Assembly: GCA_964490105.1 (NCBI GenBank)
Contig: CAZAZU010000001.1
Location: forward strand, 306,361-370,360
Length of the DNA stretch: 64,000 nucleotides
Source: an uncultured Gammaproteobacteria bacterium
Lineage (GTDB): Bacteria; Patescibacteriota; Microgenomatia; Levybacterales; UBA12049
Direction of reading: 5' to 3'
The notes under the pieces are model-generated. The model searched no databases, was not told the origin of the DNA, and worked only from the letters and a program-made list of their open reading frames with translations. Positions 1-9,854 of this stretch are shown in pieces; positions within the stretch are counted from its first letter, which is position 1, and the number at the start of each line of letters is the position of its first letter. The position numbers were made by a program, and so were the translations under genes.

Positions 1-2
1 GT

Positions 3-521
3 AAGAATTTTATCTGCTGATTTTATGTTTAATATATCTAAATTTTTTCTAACAAATCTATTTGTTTTTTCGTAAAATTTTCTAACTGGATCAAGATTCT
101 TTGGAATTCCTAAAATCGGCTCGTAAATAAATCTGTAATTCGTGTTATGACAATAAAGAATTTTATTCTTGTTCTTAAATAAAAGTAAAAATGGAGCTTC
201 TATGTATTTTGAACCGTTTACAAAAAGGATATCATACTCTTTTTCTCTGATGTCATTAGCAATTTTTTTGTGAAGTAAAAATAACTTAAATAACTCTACG
301 GAATCTTTGTAAATTTTTGCTTTCCAATTATTTCCTTTCCACTTTTTTGATTTAAATTTGTAAACAAAAGTTTTTGTGTAATATTTTTCATAGTTAAATT
401 TGTTATTTTCCTGCGTCGTATATAAATCAACTATATGATCTTTTTTAAGTCGAATCGCCATCTCGTTGATGACTTTTAACGCTCCCCCTTCCGGAAGCTC
501 ATGAAACACAGCGATTTTCAT
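3..521 (-). CDS. Glycosyltransferase family 4 (GT-B), N-terminal part, runs off the window start
   Basis: Not in the ORF track. Manual reading from ATG at 521 gives MKIAVFHELPEGGALKVINEMAIRLKKDHIVDLYT..., a typical GT4 N-terminus, open to the window edge. Confidence 0.8.
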   Translation of the reverse strand, partial: MKIAVFHELPEGGALKVINEMAIRLKKDHIVDLYTTQENNKFNYEKYYTKTFVYKFKSKKWKGNNWKAKIYKDSVELFKLFLLHKKIANDIREKEYDILFVNGSKYIEAPFLLLFKNKNKILYCHNTNYRFIYEPILGIPKNLDPVRKFYEKTNRFVRKNLDILNIKSADKIL

Positions 522-608
522 AAAAATTATTACCTGAACTATACAAGACGTCGACTATTTAGGTCAATCACAATTTTTAATTTTGTTGCTATAATACTTG
601 AAATTATT

Positions 609-1274
609 ATGATGCTAACAGTAGTTGTATTAATCAGAAATAAAAAAAGTCTTTCCATTCATACACATAAATCAATCAAATTTTCCAATGATTTAATATT
701 CACGGAAAATAAAAACCAGGCGATAAAGAATGCTAAAAATGAATGGATTTTATTCTTAGAAAATGGCGACAAAATTTCTCCTGCTCTTCTTCGGGAATTA
801 AAAAACAAGACAAAACAAAAAACTTTCGATGGATATTTTATTAAGAAAAAAGTTATCTATGAAAATTCAATGCATTTAAATAATAATTCCTTAATTTCGC
901 AAAATTTAATACTTGGTAATAAAAATAAAGGAAATTGGGATAACGAATCGTGGAACATAGAAGGAGAAATTGGAATTATCTCTTCTCCTGTTATTTCATT
1001 TCGCAGGCCAACCTTGTCAGACTTTATTTCAGAAATAAATGAGTACACAACTGTGCGATCAAAGGAATTATTCTACGAAGATGAAAATGTAAATTATTTA
1101 AAAATTATTTATCCTACTTTTAGAAGATTTATAAAAGAATTTGTAATAAATAAAAAAATATTAAATGGATTTGAAGGATTTATCGTATCTGTTTTATTAA
1201 GCTTTAGTGTATTTATTCTTTTTGTAAAACTTTTGTATATTAAAAAAAATAATTCTAGTCCTGATAATTTTTAA
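609..1274 (+). CDS. GT2-family glycosyltransferase (WaaE/SpsA-like, appears degenerate)
   Basis: KNQAIKNAKNEWILFLENGD (DxD altered) and C-terminal ILNGFEGFIVS motif. Start moved to ATG 609 after TGcTATAAT. Confidence 0.65.
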   Translation: MMLTVVVLIRNKKSLSIHTHKSIKFSNDLIFTENKNQAIKNAKNEWILFLENGDKISPALLRELKNKTKQKTFDGYFIKKKVIYENSMHLNNNSLISQNLILGNKNKGNWDNESWNIEGEIGIISSPVISFRRPTLSDFISEINEYTTVRSKELFYEDENVNYLKIIYPTFRRFIKEFVINKKILNGFEGFIVSVLLSFSVFILFVKLLYIKKNNSSPDNF

Positions 1275-1977
1275 TTTTTTTTAGATCCTCTGCCATTTTT
1301 TCTTTTTTCCAAACATCAAATACGTTTTTATCATGATCATGGATTTTTTTATTATTTACTCTTAAATATGAATCGTCCGCCATGGACTTACCCACTTTAT
1401 AATGCATATGTTCGATAATTACCTCAGGGAAGTAGTATAGCTTTTTAAGCTGTTTCCCTATCTCCATCCAGGATTTATCAACCCACATATGATAAAGCCC
1501 AGGTATTGCTATAAACCCTAGTGCACGAAAAATATTTCCCGAAACAAAAGCAGCAGTTGAAAGTTTTTCTCCATACATTAAATCATTACCGTAACACACC
1601 CCCTTACCTCCGTTTTCCTCAATTTTTTTTATAAATTTTTCTTCCCAACCCTTAGTTCTTATTCTGTGGTCATCGCTAACTATAAAATAATATTTATAAT
1701 TTGGATATTTCTTAAATGCTCTATTTATGGAATCACACATATATTTACCACTCCCAATATCAAACATAATATCCTTGTGTCTGATGTATTCATTAAGCGT
1801 AATGTCATCATCGTCTAGACAAGTTACAACGTCAGACAGACCGCTTGTTGTTTGTCTCCATGATTTATAAAATCCTTCAATTTTCTGAGGTCTTGCTTTT
1901 GAGGATAATTGTATTAATATTGGTTTCACGAAAGTATTATAACATTTACTTTTATCAATAGATTTATTCTTAATCAC
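1255..1977 (-). CDS. GT-A fold glycosyltransferase
   Basis: CLDDDD, YFIVSDDHRIRTKGWEE and IIEHMHY motifs. Confidence 0.7.
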   Translation of the reverse strand: MIKNKSIDKSKCYNTFVKPILIQLSSKARPQKIEGFYKSWRQTTSGLSDVVTCLDDDDITLNEYIRHKDIMFDIGSGKYMCDSINRAFKKYPNYKYYFIVSDDHRIRTKGWEEKFIKKIEENGGKGVCYGNDLMYGEKLSTAAFVSGNIFRALGFIAIPGLYHMWVDKSWMEIGKQLKKLYYFPEVIIEHMHYKVGKSMADDSYLRVNNKKIHDHDKNVFDVWKKEKMAEDLKKIKNYQD

Positions 1978-1995
1978 ATATAATAATATTTTGAA

Positions 1996-3603
1996 TTGAT
2001 GAAAAATATAATAAACAAAAATAAAAAAACACTAAAATCTTTTCATATTTTTTTTATTCTACTTATTGTCACCCTGATTATTCCAAGACTTATTGTTTTT
2101 ATATCGAGACAGGAATACATGGAAGGGTTTGCTTACTACTACTTCTTTGCAAGATCAATAATTATTGATCACAATTTTCCTTTAATTGGCCCTGTCGTGG
2201 GAGATGTTGGTGGATTTGCTCAGGGAGCAGGATGGTTCTATTTGCTCACTATCCCCTTTTTTATTTTTAATGGAAACCCATTCGGAATGTCAGTGCTAAT
2301 TTTTTGTATTAGTATTGTCACTTTATTGCTAGGGTCCATCATCGGATACACTATTATTGGCAAACGAGAGGGAGTATTAATATCTATTCTACTTGGCACC
2401 TCCCCGTATTTAATTAGTTGGTCCAATGATATTTGGCCACCATATGTTGTCCCCTTTATCGCTGTTCTTTACATTTTAGGATTATTACTTTTTCTTAAAA
2501 TAAATAAAAAAAGGTATTTTTTTATCATGCCTATTTGCCTCGGTGCAATGGCTCATTTTGAAATTGCATCTCTTGGACTATTATTTCCGAGTTTTATTTC
2601 TTTGACAGTATTTTTATTCATAAAAAATAAAATTATAAAAAAAGACATATTAATATCAGCAATATTTTTTGGGTCTTTTTTTATCCCACATCTAATTTAC
2701 GACCTAAAAAATAATTTCTACAACTTAAAAGGCATATTAGATTTAATATTATTTAAATCATCATCAGATAGATCGATTACACTCTCTGCAACTCTTGCTG
2801 ACAGGACACATTTACTAATAACTGATTTCATCAAAGTTTTTCCTACACCAGAAACTGGCACATTGTTATTATTTATTCTAATCTTACTTTTTGGCTACCT
2901 AAAATTAATAGGAGATAAAAAAATTAAAAACTGGCAAAAGATTTTTACTTCTTATTTACTAACCTCAATTTTATTAACCTTTATAAGCGTGTGTATTTTA
3001 CCTGTAGAAAGAGCTTCCTTCTGGTGGTTGACGTATTTAACAATATTTTATATTTTCTTTTCTGGCTTAATCACTTCATATATTTATTCAACTAACTATA
3101 GATTGCTTAAAATTATTTTGACAGTCATACTCAGCATTTTTGCATATTCATTTTTTAACAACTTTCTTATTATTTTAAATAATGAAAAACAATTACGATC
3201 AGTAAAGTATGTAATTAGTAAACAGTCACCTATTGAATTTATCTACAAAGATTCTCAAGATAAACCATTTAGAACATTATTTATAACTGGCGAGAAGGAC
3301 GTGGTAGACTATAAATACATGCTATGGTATGTTGGAAAAACTGATTTTCCCAACTCTCAGGCGATTAAGTTACTTGATTTAAACTACACACTTAAAGGCG
3401 GTGTGTTATTTAGCTACGATGAATCTACTCAATTTAGTAATTTAAAAAATGGATTATATTATTTAATTATTTCTAAAAACTCAGTAGAAAATGGTCACAT
3501 TGACAAAATATTAAAAAATGTAAATCTCGACTTAAAAGATACTAACTACATTGATCCATCTGGTTATTTTGAGGTTAAAAAATTTAATATTGATAAAAAT
3601 TAA
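1996..3603 (+). CDS. GT-C (ArnT/PMT-like) integral membrane glycosyltransferase
   Basis: Multiple TM segments, FPLIGP...GAGWFYLL and SWSNDIWPPY motifs, soluble C-terminal domain. Confidence 0.65.
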   Translation: MMKNIINKNKKTLKSFHIFFILLIVTLIIPRLIVFISRQEYMEGFAYYYFFARSIIIDHNFPLIGPVVGDVGGFAQGAGWFYLLTIPFFIFNGNPFGMSVLIFCISIVTLLLGSIIGYTIIGKREGVLISILLGTSPYLISWSNDIWPPYVVPFIAVLYILGLLLFLKINKKRYFFIMPICLGAMAHFEIASLGLLFPSFISLTVFLFIKNKIIKKDILISAIFFGSFFIPHLIYDLKNNFYNLKGILDLILFKSSSDRSITLSATLADRTHLLITDFIKVFPTPETGTLLLFILILLFGYLKLIGDKKIKNWQKIFTSYLLTSILLTFISVCILPVERASFWWLTYLTIFYIFFSGLITSYIYSTNYRLLKIILTVILSIFAYSFFNNFLIILNNEKQLRSVKYVISKQSPIEFIYKDSQDKPFRTLFITGEKDVVDYKYMLWYVGKTDFPNSQAIKLLDLNYTLKGGVLFSYDESTQFSNLKNGLYYLIISKNSVENGHIDKILKNVNLDLKDTNYIDPSGYFEVKKFNIDKN

Positions 3604-3616
3604 ATGCAATAATTAC

Positions 3617-4255
3617 CTAACTGATTTTTTTTGTTTTGACTGCGAAAATATGAAAAGCTATTCTCGGAAAAAACCTGGTAATCTGTTGAGATAAATGCGA
3701 AATATAAAGCCAAACGTACCAAGGCTTATACTTAATGCTTGCCTCTTTACCTCTAATAATTTTTAATCCATGCATTCCCATGACGCGATAACCTCTTTTT
3801 TTAAATTCATGACTCTTCCATCCGGAAAGATGCTTCATATAAGGATTGCCATTGACGATTCCTTGTTTATGAAAACCCTCAGGAGTGAGTATGATAATTT
3901 TTTTTCTCGCAATCCATTCCATATCCTCCATCAATTTAATTCCATCTTTTTTATTCAAATGTTCAATTACATCAATAGCTACTACTGCGTCAAATGAATT
4001 TTTTTTATAAAACTTTCTAAGAAATCTTACATCTCCTTTTTTGTAAGCATCGTGTATCCAGAGTTTTTTATTTTTATTAATAGGCAATAAATCAATTCCC
4101 TCTAGATAATAATCTCTAGTAATTTTCCCAAACTGAGAATGTATCCCGGAACCGACTTCTAAAACAGACTTAAGACCTTTAAGTTCTTTTTTTAACTCGG
4201 AAAGAAGAGGTTCCTCCGCACTTCGTATGATCCTTGATTTAATTTCCTTTTTCAT
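3617..4255 (-). CDS. Class I SAM-dependent methyltransferase
   Basis: VLEVGSG motif I and FDAVVAIDVIEHL. Confidence 0.85.
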   Translation of the reverse strand: MKKEIKSRIIRSAEEPLLSELKKELKGLKSVLEVGSGIHSQFGKITRDYYLEGIDLLPINKNKKLWIHDAYKKGDVRFLRKFYKKNSFDAVVAIDVIEHLNKKDGIKLMEDMEWIARKKIIILTPEGFHKQGIVNGNPYMKHLSGWKSHEFKKRGYRVMGMHGLKIIRGKEASIKYKPWYVWLYISHLSQQITRFFPRIAFHIFAVKTKKIS

Positions 4256-5139
4256 TAGAAACTATTCCTAAACTTATTAATTTTCCTGAATAACTTTATT
4301 CTTAAAAAATGATTTATATCAAGTAAAAATAATTCTATTTTAAAAAATGTTTTTCCCCGGGAATCTTCAACAAGTATTAAGTCTTTAAATTTATTTTGAT
4401 TTCTTGCAACGTATAGTGGCAACATATCTATCCCGCCTATCTTAAACTTCCATCCGAATCCAAATGGATCATTGCCCAATAATATCGCTTTTCGAATTTT
4501 TTCAGGAGTATTATATTTGTCGTTATTCAATTCCTGATGCGCAAATGAAGATAGCTTTTGTTGAATTTTTTTAATTCCTCCCATATATGAAAAGTGCCAG
4601 CCACCATCGGAAATTTCAACATCCGGAGGTAAATATGAAGTTAAATATATATCTTTAAAAATTTTCTTGAGATCTTTATATTTAAACATTCTAGTTGTGT
4701 GCTCTGAATGCTTAATGCTTTCCGTATAAAAATTTAGGTAATAAAAACAAAGAGTTTGACTAAAAGCTTTAAGCCTCCCTGGCTTATCTTTCCACTCAAG
4801 AATCTTATCTGGTCTCGGAATTTCATCAACACATGAGTAAAGAATTACGTCCTCAGGTTTGCAATTCTTTAATCCTCTTTCTACCGCAGTGAGCTGATGT
4901 CTTTCAATAATCCATGTCATTCCTACATTCGGACTATCCTCAACGACCACATGAATTATCTTATCTTTAAATTTTTTAAATCTTTTTTTGTTTTCGTTAT
5001 AAAAAAGTTTTTTTGGCTTATTGGTATGTGAAACTGTTCCTTCCACAAGAACAAATTTATCCACCACATCCTTTAGTTCATTTAATCTTATTTCTAAAAG
5101 ATCAAGTTCGTTATAGAAAAGAAAGGTATCGTAAATCAT
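4255..5139 (-). CDS. GT17-family glycosyltransferase (MGAT3/GnT-III-like)
   Basis: IYDTFLFYNELDLLEIRLNEL..VVDKFVLVE, DEIP and GGWHFSY motifs. Confidence 0.85.
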   Translation of the reverse strand: MIYDTFLFYNELDLLEIRLNELKDVVDKFVLVEGTVSHTNKPKKLFYNENKKRFKKFKDKIIHVVVEDSPNVGMTWIIERHQLTAVERGLKNCKPEDVILYSCVDEIPRPDKILEWKDKPGRLKAFSQTLCFYYLNFYTESIKHSEHTTRMFKYKDLKKIFKDIYLTSYLPPDVEISDGGWHFSYMGGIKKIQQKLSSFAHQELNNDKYNTPEKIRKAILLGNDPFGFGWKFKIGGIDMLPLYVARNQNKFKDLILVEDSRGKTFFKIELFLLDINHFLRIKLFRKINKFRNSF

Positions 5140-6035
5140 ATTTTTTTATCAGAAATTAATTTTGATCTATGAGCTTTATTTTTAATTAATGATTCGACTA
5201 TACTTTTCGTGCTTTCTTTAAATTCGAAATTAAATGTTTTTTCAAACTTATGAGTATCAATTACTGTATTCATGTTTGATAGACTTTGTTTATTAATCTC
5301 TAAATCAATTTTTAATAAATCGGATATTGTTTTCCCAATTTCATAAATCGTACTGTTATAGCTAGCTAGATTATAAGTGCCTCTTTCTGCTTCGTTTTCA
5401 ATTATAGACTTTATAGATCTTGAAAAATCATTTATTCCTAAAATTGATCTGCGATCTTTAGGATTATAAATTACAATTTTTTTATTATTAATTCCGTTCA
5501 TATACAATTGATTTATCATTTGATTTATACGAAAGTTTTTTGCATATCCATTCATAGTTGCCATTCTTAAACTAAAATAATTAACTTTACTTAACGCAGC
5601 TATATCGTCAATTGCTTTTTTAGTTATGTCATAGTGCTTTAATAATCGACCCTTAACATCTTTTTCAGAAGCACTTTTTTTACCTGTGTCTCCGTAGACT
5701 CTAAAACTGCTTGCATATATAAATTTCTGATTTGATAATTTTTCTAATAAATCTACGAAATTTATAAGGTTATTTTTTAAAGAACCAGAAACATCAGATT
5801 CACACATTGAGACAGTTGAATGCCCAGCCAGAAGAATTACAACACCATAATTATTTAGAAATCTTTTTGATAATTTACCATAATTCATTTTTATATTTTT
5901 AGGATTTGTTACATTCCCGAACATTTCTGAATCAACCGTATCAACACTATATTTTTTTTGCTTTAAATATGGGAAAAGACTGCTTCCAATATATCCACAA
6001 CCACCAATAATTAGGATTTTTTTCATATCTGACAA
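5136..6035 (-). CDS. NAD-dependent epimerase/dehydratase (extended SDR)
   Basis: GGCGYIG, YASS and YxxxK (YDITK). True start may be ATG 6026. Confidence 0.85.
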   Translation of the reverse strand: MSDMKKILIIGGCGYIGSSLFPYLKQKKYSVDTVDSEMFGNVTNPKNIKMNYGKLSKRFLNNYGVVILLAGHSTVSMCESDVSGSLKNNLINFVDLLEKLSNQKFIYASSFRVYGDTGKKSASEKDVKGRLLKHYDITKKAIDDIAALSKVNYFSLRMATMNGYAKNFRINQMINQLYMNGINNKKIVIYNPKDRRSILGINDFSRSIKSIIENEAERGTYNLASYNSTIYEIGKTISDLLKIDLEINKQSLSNMNTVIDTHKFEKTFNFEFKESTKSIVESLIKNKAHRSKLISDKKI

Positions 6036-6091
6036 AATTATAATATCGGTATAATATCAGCTAGGAACATTTGAGTAAAGAAACTTGAAAA

Positions 6092-7342
6092 TTAGATAAT
6101 TTTAGGTTTTGGGAAGGGTATAATAAATTTTCCTCCTGTGTCAGAAAAACTCTTGTTCTTCTTAATTATGGCTTCTGAAAAATTCCACGCCAATATTAAC
6201 ATATAGTCTATTTTTTTATTATTTAAAAAGGAGGAAGGAACAATTGGTATTCTTTTTCCCGGCGTAAACCTTCCCTGCTTCCAGGAACTGTCGTCAATAA
6301 TAAAGTCTATAGTTTCAGTTCCAATATTAAAATAATTTAAAAGTGTGTTACCTTTTGCTGGTGCTCCATACCCTGCAATTGTTTTATTTTTTCCTTTAAT
6401 ATTTATCAGTAGTTTTAATAAGCTTAATCTAACATGTTGTATATCATTAAAAAAATTAATATATGTTTGAGCATTATCAAGCTTAAGCTTTTTTTCTAGA
6501 TTAAGATGTTTTTGTACGGATCCGGAAAGTAAGTGTTTTGCGTTTTTATTTTTTACAAATATGCGGACTGTTCCACCATGCACTGGCAGACCCTCAACGT
6601 CAAATATTTCCATGCCAAAACGATTAAAAAGCGTTTGCAACGGCTTAATCGCAGGGAAAGAATGATGCTCATGATAAATCAGATCGAAATATTTATTCTT
6701 TAACATAACCGGTAAATATGGCACCTCAATGATAAATACCCCATCTTTTGCAAGTAAGTATTTTACGCCCTCTAACAACTGGTCTAAATTACTAATTTGT
6801 GCAAATGTATTGTTAGCGCAAATTATCTGGGCTTTACCGTATTTTCTCTCAATATTCTTTGCAACCTTAATTGAAAAAAAATCTTTAATAGTCTTAATCC
6901 CGTCTTTTTCTGCAACTGCTGCAATCTCCTTCACAGGGTCTACGCCGATCACACTTGCTCCTAAATTCTTAAATCCTTTCAGTAAAATGCCATCATTACT
7001 TCCGACATCAACAACTAATGACTTTTTTTGTAAATCAAACTTTTTATGAATATGAGCTGCATACTCTAGAAAATGCTTAACAAAAATAGGCGAAGTTGAT
7101 GAAACGTAAACATAATCATCAAATAATATTTCCGGCTTAATCTCATGTCCTAACTGAAGAAAATTGCAATTTGTACAGAAATAAACATCAAGAGGATAGT
7201 AAATTTCTTCTTTTTCTAAATTTTCTTTTAAAACGTATGAATTAGCATTTGGCTGAGGTCCGAGGGAAATTATTTTCCTAAGAGTATCTTTTTTACATGC
7301 CCTACAAAGAGATATCTTAATAACGCGATCATTTATCTTCAT
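6092..7342 (-). CDS. NDP-sugar C-methyltransferase, paralog 1
   Basis: CRAC/CTNC Zn motif, VDVGSNDG, YHEH, HGG and YGAPAKG; TylC3/NovU-type architecture. Confidence 0.9.
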   Translation of the reverse strand: MKINDRVIKISLCRACKKDTLRKIISLGPQPNANSYVLKENLEKEEIYYPLDVYFCTNCNFLQLGHEIKPEILFDDYVYVSSTSPIFVKHFLEYAAHIHKKFDLQKKSLVVDVGSNDGILLKGFKNLGASVIGVDPVKEIAAVAEKDGIKTIKDFFSIKVAKNIERKYGKAQIICANNTFAQISNLDQLLEGVKYLLAKDGVFIIEVPYLPVMLKNKYFDLIYHEHHSFPAIKPLQTLFNRFGMEIFDVEGLPVHGGTVRIFVKNKNAKHLLSGSVQKHLNLEKKLKLDNAQTYINFFNDIQHVRLSLLKLLINIKGKNKTIAGYGAPAKGNTLLNYFNIGTETIDFIIDDSSWKQGRFTPGKRIPIVPSSFLNNKKIDYMLILAWNFSEAIIKKNKSFSDTGGKFIIPFPKPKII

Positions 7343-8538
7343 TTTCGGGAGAAAAAATCCTCAAAACTATCAAGAATAAATCTAATCATTTCTTTCGTAA
7401 TTGATGGATGAACAGACACAAAAAAACTGTCATTTAGTACCTTGTCTGAATTCGTAAGCGGTTTATAAATTCTGAAATCTGAATCTTCATAAGCAGGCTG
7501 TTTAATTATATTTCCTGCGAAAATTACCCTTGTCTCGATATTTCTATCTTCTAAAAATTTTCTAATTTCTCCTCTTATATTCTTACTTTTTAGTGTTAAT
7601 GGAAATGCGAACCAGCTTATGTCAGTGTCTTTGGGAGGAGCAGAAATTAAAAATGGAAGGTTCTTCTCCTCAACCCCTTTAACAAGCTCCAGATAATTTT
7701 CAAGACGGGCTTTTTTTATTTTCTTTATTTTCTTAAGCTGAACTCTACCCATGGCCGCTTGCAATTCAATCGGCTTAAGATTAAATCCCTTTGTTACATA
7801 CGTATATCGCGCAGGATAATCAGCCGGCAGACCTGCTTTTTTTGCTACTTTTACAGCATCTGTTTCATCTGCTCTGCCCCACTCCCTAATAGACTTGGCA
7901 TTTTTGTAATAAATATTTGAATTCGTAAACATTGCTCCGCCTTCTCCCGTGGTGATAATATGCGCTGCATGAAAAGATGTCGCTGAAATGTCAAAATAAC
8001 TTTCAACATATTTATTTTTATATGTTGAGCCAAACCCGTCACAGTTGTCCAAAATTGTTATAAGGCCTAGTTTTTTAAATTTCTCAAGCTTTGTCAGCTC
8101 TACAGTATTCCCGGCAATATTTACTACAATTATGGCTTTTGTTTTTTTTGTAATTGCCTTCTCTGCCTTTTCCAAATCAATACATAGATTATTTATATCA
8201 ACGTCTACATAAACAGGGGTTAACCCATTATATAGACATGCGCTTGCTACAGTTGGGAAATTTACAGCTGGAATAATTACTTCTGATCCTTTTGGAAGCA
8301 TTAACGAGGAAATTGCTAGCAACAGTGCTGATGACCCGGAGTTAGTAAACAAAGCATGTTTAACGCTGGCTTCTTTGGCAAGTTCATTTTCAAAAAGTCT
8401 GCCTTCCTCATCTAGTGTCCACCAATTGCGATCAAGTACTTTTTGTATTGCCCTATGCTCTCTTTCATCAACGACTGCTCCCCCGTATTTAATTCTTGTT
8501 TTACCTGGAATAAATTTTGATTTTATGTCCTGCTGCAT
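7339..8538 (-). CDS. DegT/DnrJ-family PMP enzyme, RfbH/ColD-like 3-dehydratase
   Basis: NSGSSALLL, SFHAAHIITTGEGG (His at the position of the catalytic Lys) and IETRVIFAGNI. Start moved to ATG 8538. Confidence 0.8.
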   Translation of the reverse strand: MQQDIKSKFIPGKTRIKYGGAVVDEREHRAIQKVLDRNWWTLDEEGRLFENELAKEASVKHALFTNSGSSALLLAISSLMLPKGSEVIIPAVNFPTVASACLYNGLTPVYVDVDINNLCIDLEKAEKAITKKTKAIIVVNIAGNTVELTKLEKFKKLGLITILDNCDGFGSTYKNKYVESYFDISATSFHAAHIITTGEGGAMFTNSNIYYKNAKSIREWGRADETDAVKVAKKAGLPADYPARYTYVTKGFNLKPIELQAAMGRVQLKKIKKIKKARLENYLELVKGVEEKNLPFLISAPPKDTDISWFAFPLTLKSKNIRGEIRKFLEDRNIETRVIFAGNIIKQPAYEDSDFRIYKPLTNSDKVLNDSFFVSVHPSITKEMIRFILDSFEDFFSRK

Positions 8539-8592
8539 CAATATCACCTTTTTGCTTAGGTATAATAACAATTAAACATTTACTTGTAAAGT

Positions 8593-9834
8593 TTACTTGT
8601 GAGGTGTTTGGGGCGCCTGTTTAAATACCTTATATAGAAAGTAAAAGATGAACGGAAGAGGCGACACAGCTCCGACTGTTGCAGCAATTACAGCTCCTGA
8701 TAATCCCCACATTAATATCATTGGGTAAATTAAAGCTATCATAACAGTAAAAGCTGTAAGCATAATTACTAAATTATATTCTTGCTTTTTTACAGCGTAA
8801 AAAACCGACCCAACCGGACTGAATACTGCGACTATAAATGCAAAAAGAGACATAAGTTTAAGTATTTGCGAAGCCTCCATCCAACTATCACCAAGAAAAA
8901 TCTGAATCAGTTGTGATGGGAAAAGAAAGAATATGACCGCAATAGGCAAAGTAACAATTGCAATCATGGATGTAGTTTTTATGTAAGCTCTTAGTAGTCT
9001 TCTTCTATCATCTGAAATCTTAACATAAACCGGAAAAGTTACTTTAGCGATTATCTCAGCGAGCTCCGTTGTTGGAAGTAGAGCGATAGTGTATGCCATA
9101 TCATAAATTCCTAAAGAAGTTGTACCCAGCACGCGTCCTACAACTATATTATCTCCATTTGAAAATAGGTATCCAAATGCTCCGGATGAGGTAATCCATT
9201 TACTGTGAGTAATAATATCTTTAAAAATATTTTTTTGAAATATAAATTTAGGCCTTGGTTTTACTATATAAAAAGATAGGATTACTTCAAAAATAGCGCC
9301 GCCCACTAACCCCCAAACTAGTGAGATTGGATTCTTTGTAACCAAAACCAAAATTAATGAGATCATGGTTTCGACCAAAACTATGCTAATTCTGTAATAA
9401 AATTCTTTTTTAAATTTTAATTCTTTCTGGAATTTCGCAACTGAAGGATTGATAAATCCTCTGACTAGTGGCACAAAAGAAATTAAGATTAGAAGACTCT
9501 TAGCTTCCTCGGATTTAAAAAAACTAGAAACAAATCCTGCAGATAGAAAAATTATTAAGAATATTATTAATCCCCTGCCAATTGAAATAATCCATGCTGT
9601 GTTTATGAACTCGTCAATTTTTTCTTTTTTTTGAACCAGAACTACATTAATTCCTGTTTCCGTTAATGTCTCTATGAGAGCAAGCATTAATGCAGCAATG
9701 CCAAAAATTCCAAACTGTGAAGGAGATAGAATTCTGGCAATTACTAAAGTTCTTAAAATAGAAGAACCTCTTGAAAAAAACTTTAAAGCACCTAGCCATG
9801 ACGCTCCGACAACTGCAGTTCTTAAATAACCCAC
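8593..9834 (-). CDS. wzx: Wzx/WzxC-type polysaccharide flippase (MOP superfamily)
   Basis: ARILSPSQFG and DNIVVGRVLGTTSLGIY motifs, about 12 TM segments. Confidence 0.85.
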   Translation of the reverse strand: MGYLRTAVVGASWLGALKFFSRGSSILRTLVIARILSPSQFGIFGIAALMLALIETLTETGINVVLVQKKEKIDEFINTAWIISIGRGLIIFLIIFLSAGFVSSFFKSEEAKSLLILISFVPLVRGFINPSVAKFQKELKFKKEFYYRISIVLVETMISLILVLVTKNPISLVWGLVGGAIFEVILSFYIVKPRPKFIFQKNIFKDIITHSKWITSSGAFGYLFSNGDNIVVGRVLGTTSLGIYDMAYTIALLPTTELAEIIAKVTFPVYVKISDDRRRLLRAYIKTTSMIAIVTLPIAVIFFLFPSQLIQIFLGDSWMEASQILKLMSLFAFIVAVFSPVGSVFYAVKKQEYNLVIMLTAFTVMIALIYPMILMWGLSGAVIAATVGAVSPLPFIFYFLYKVFKQAPQTPHK

Positions 9835-9854
9835 AGAATAATTATATCAGGCAA

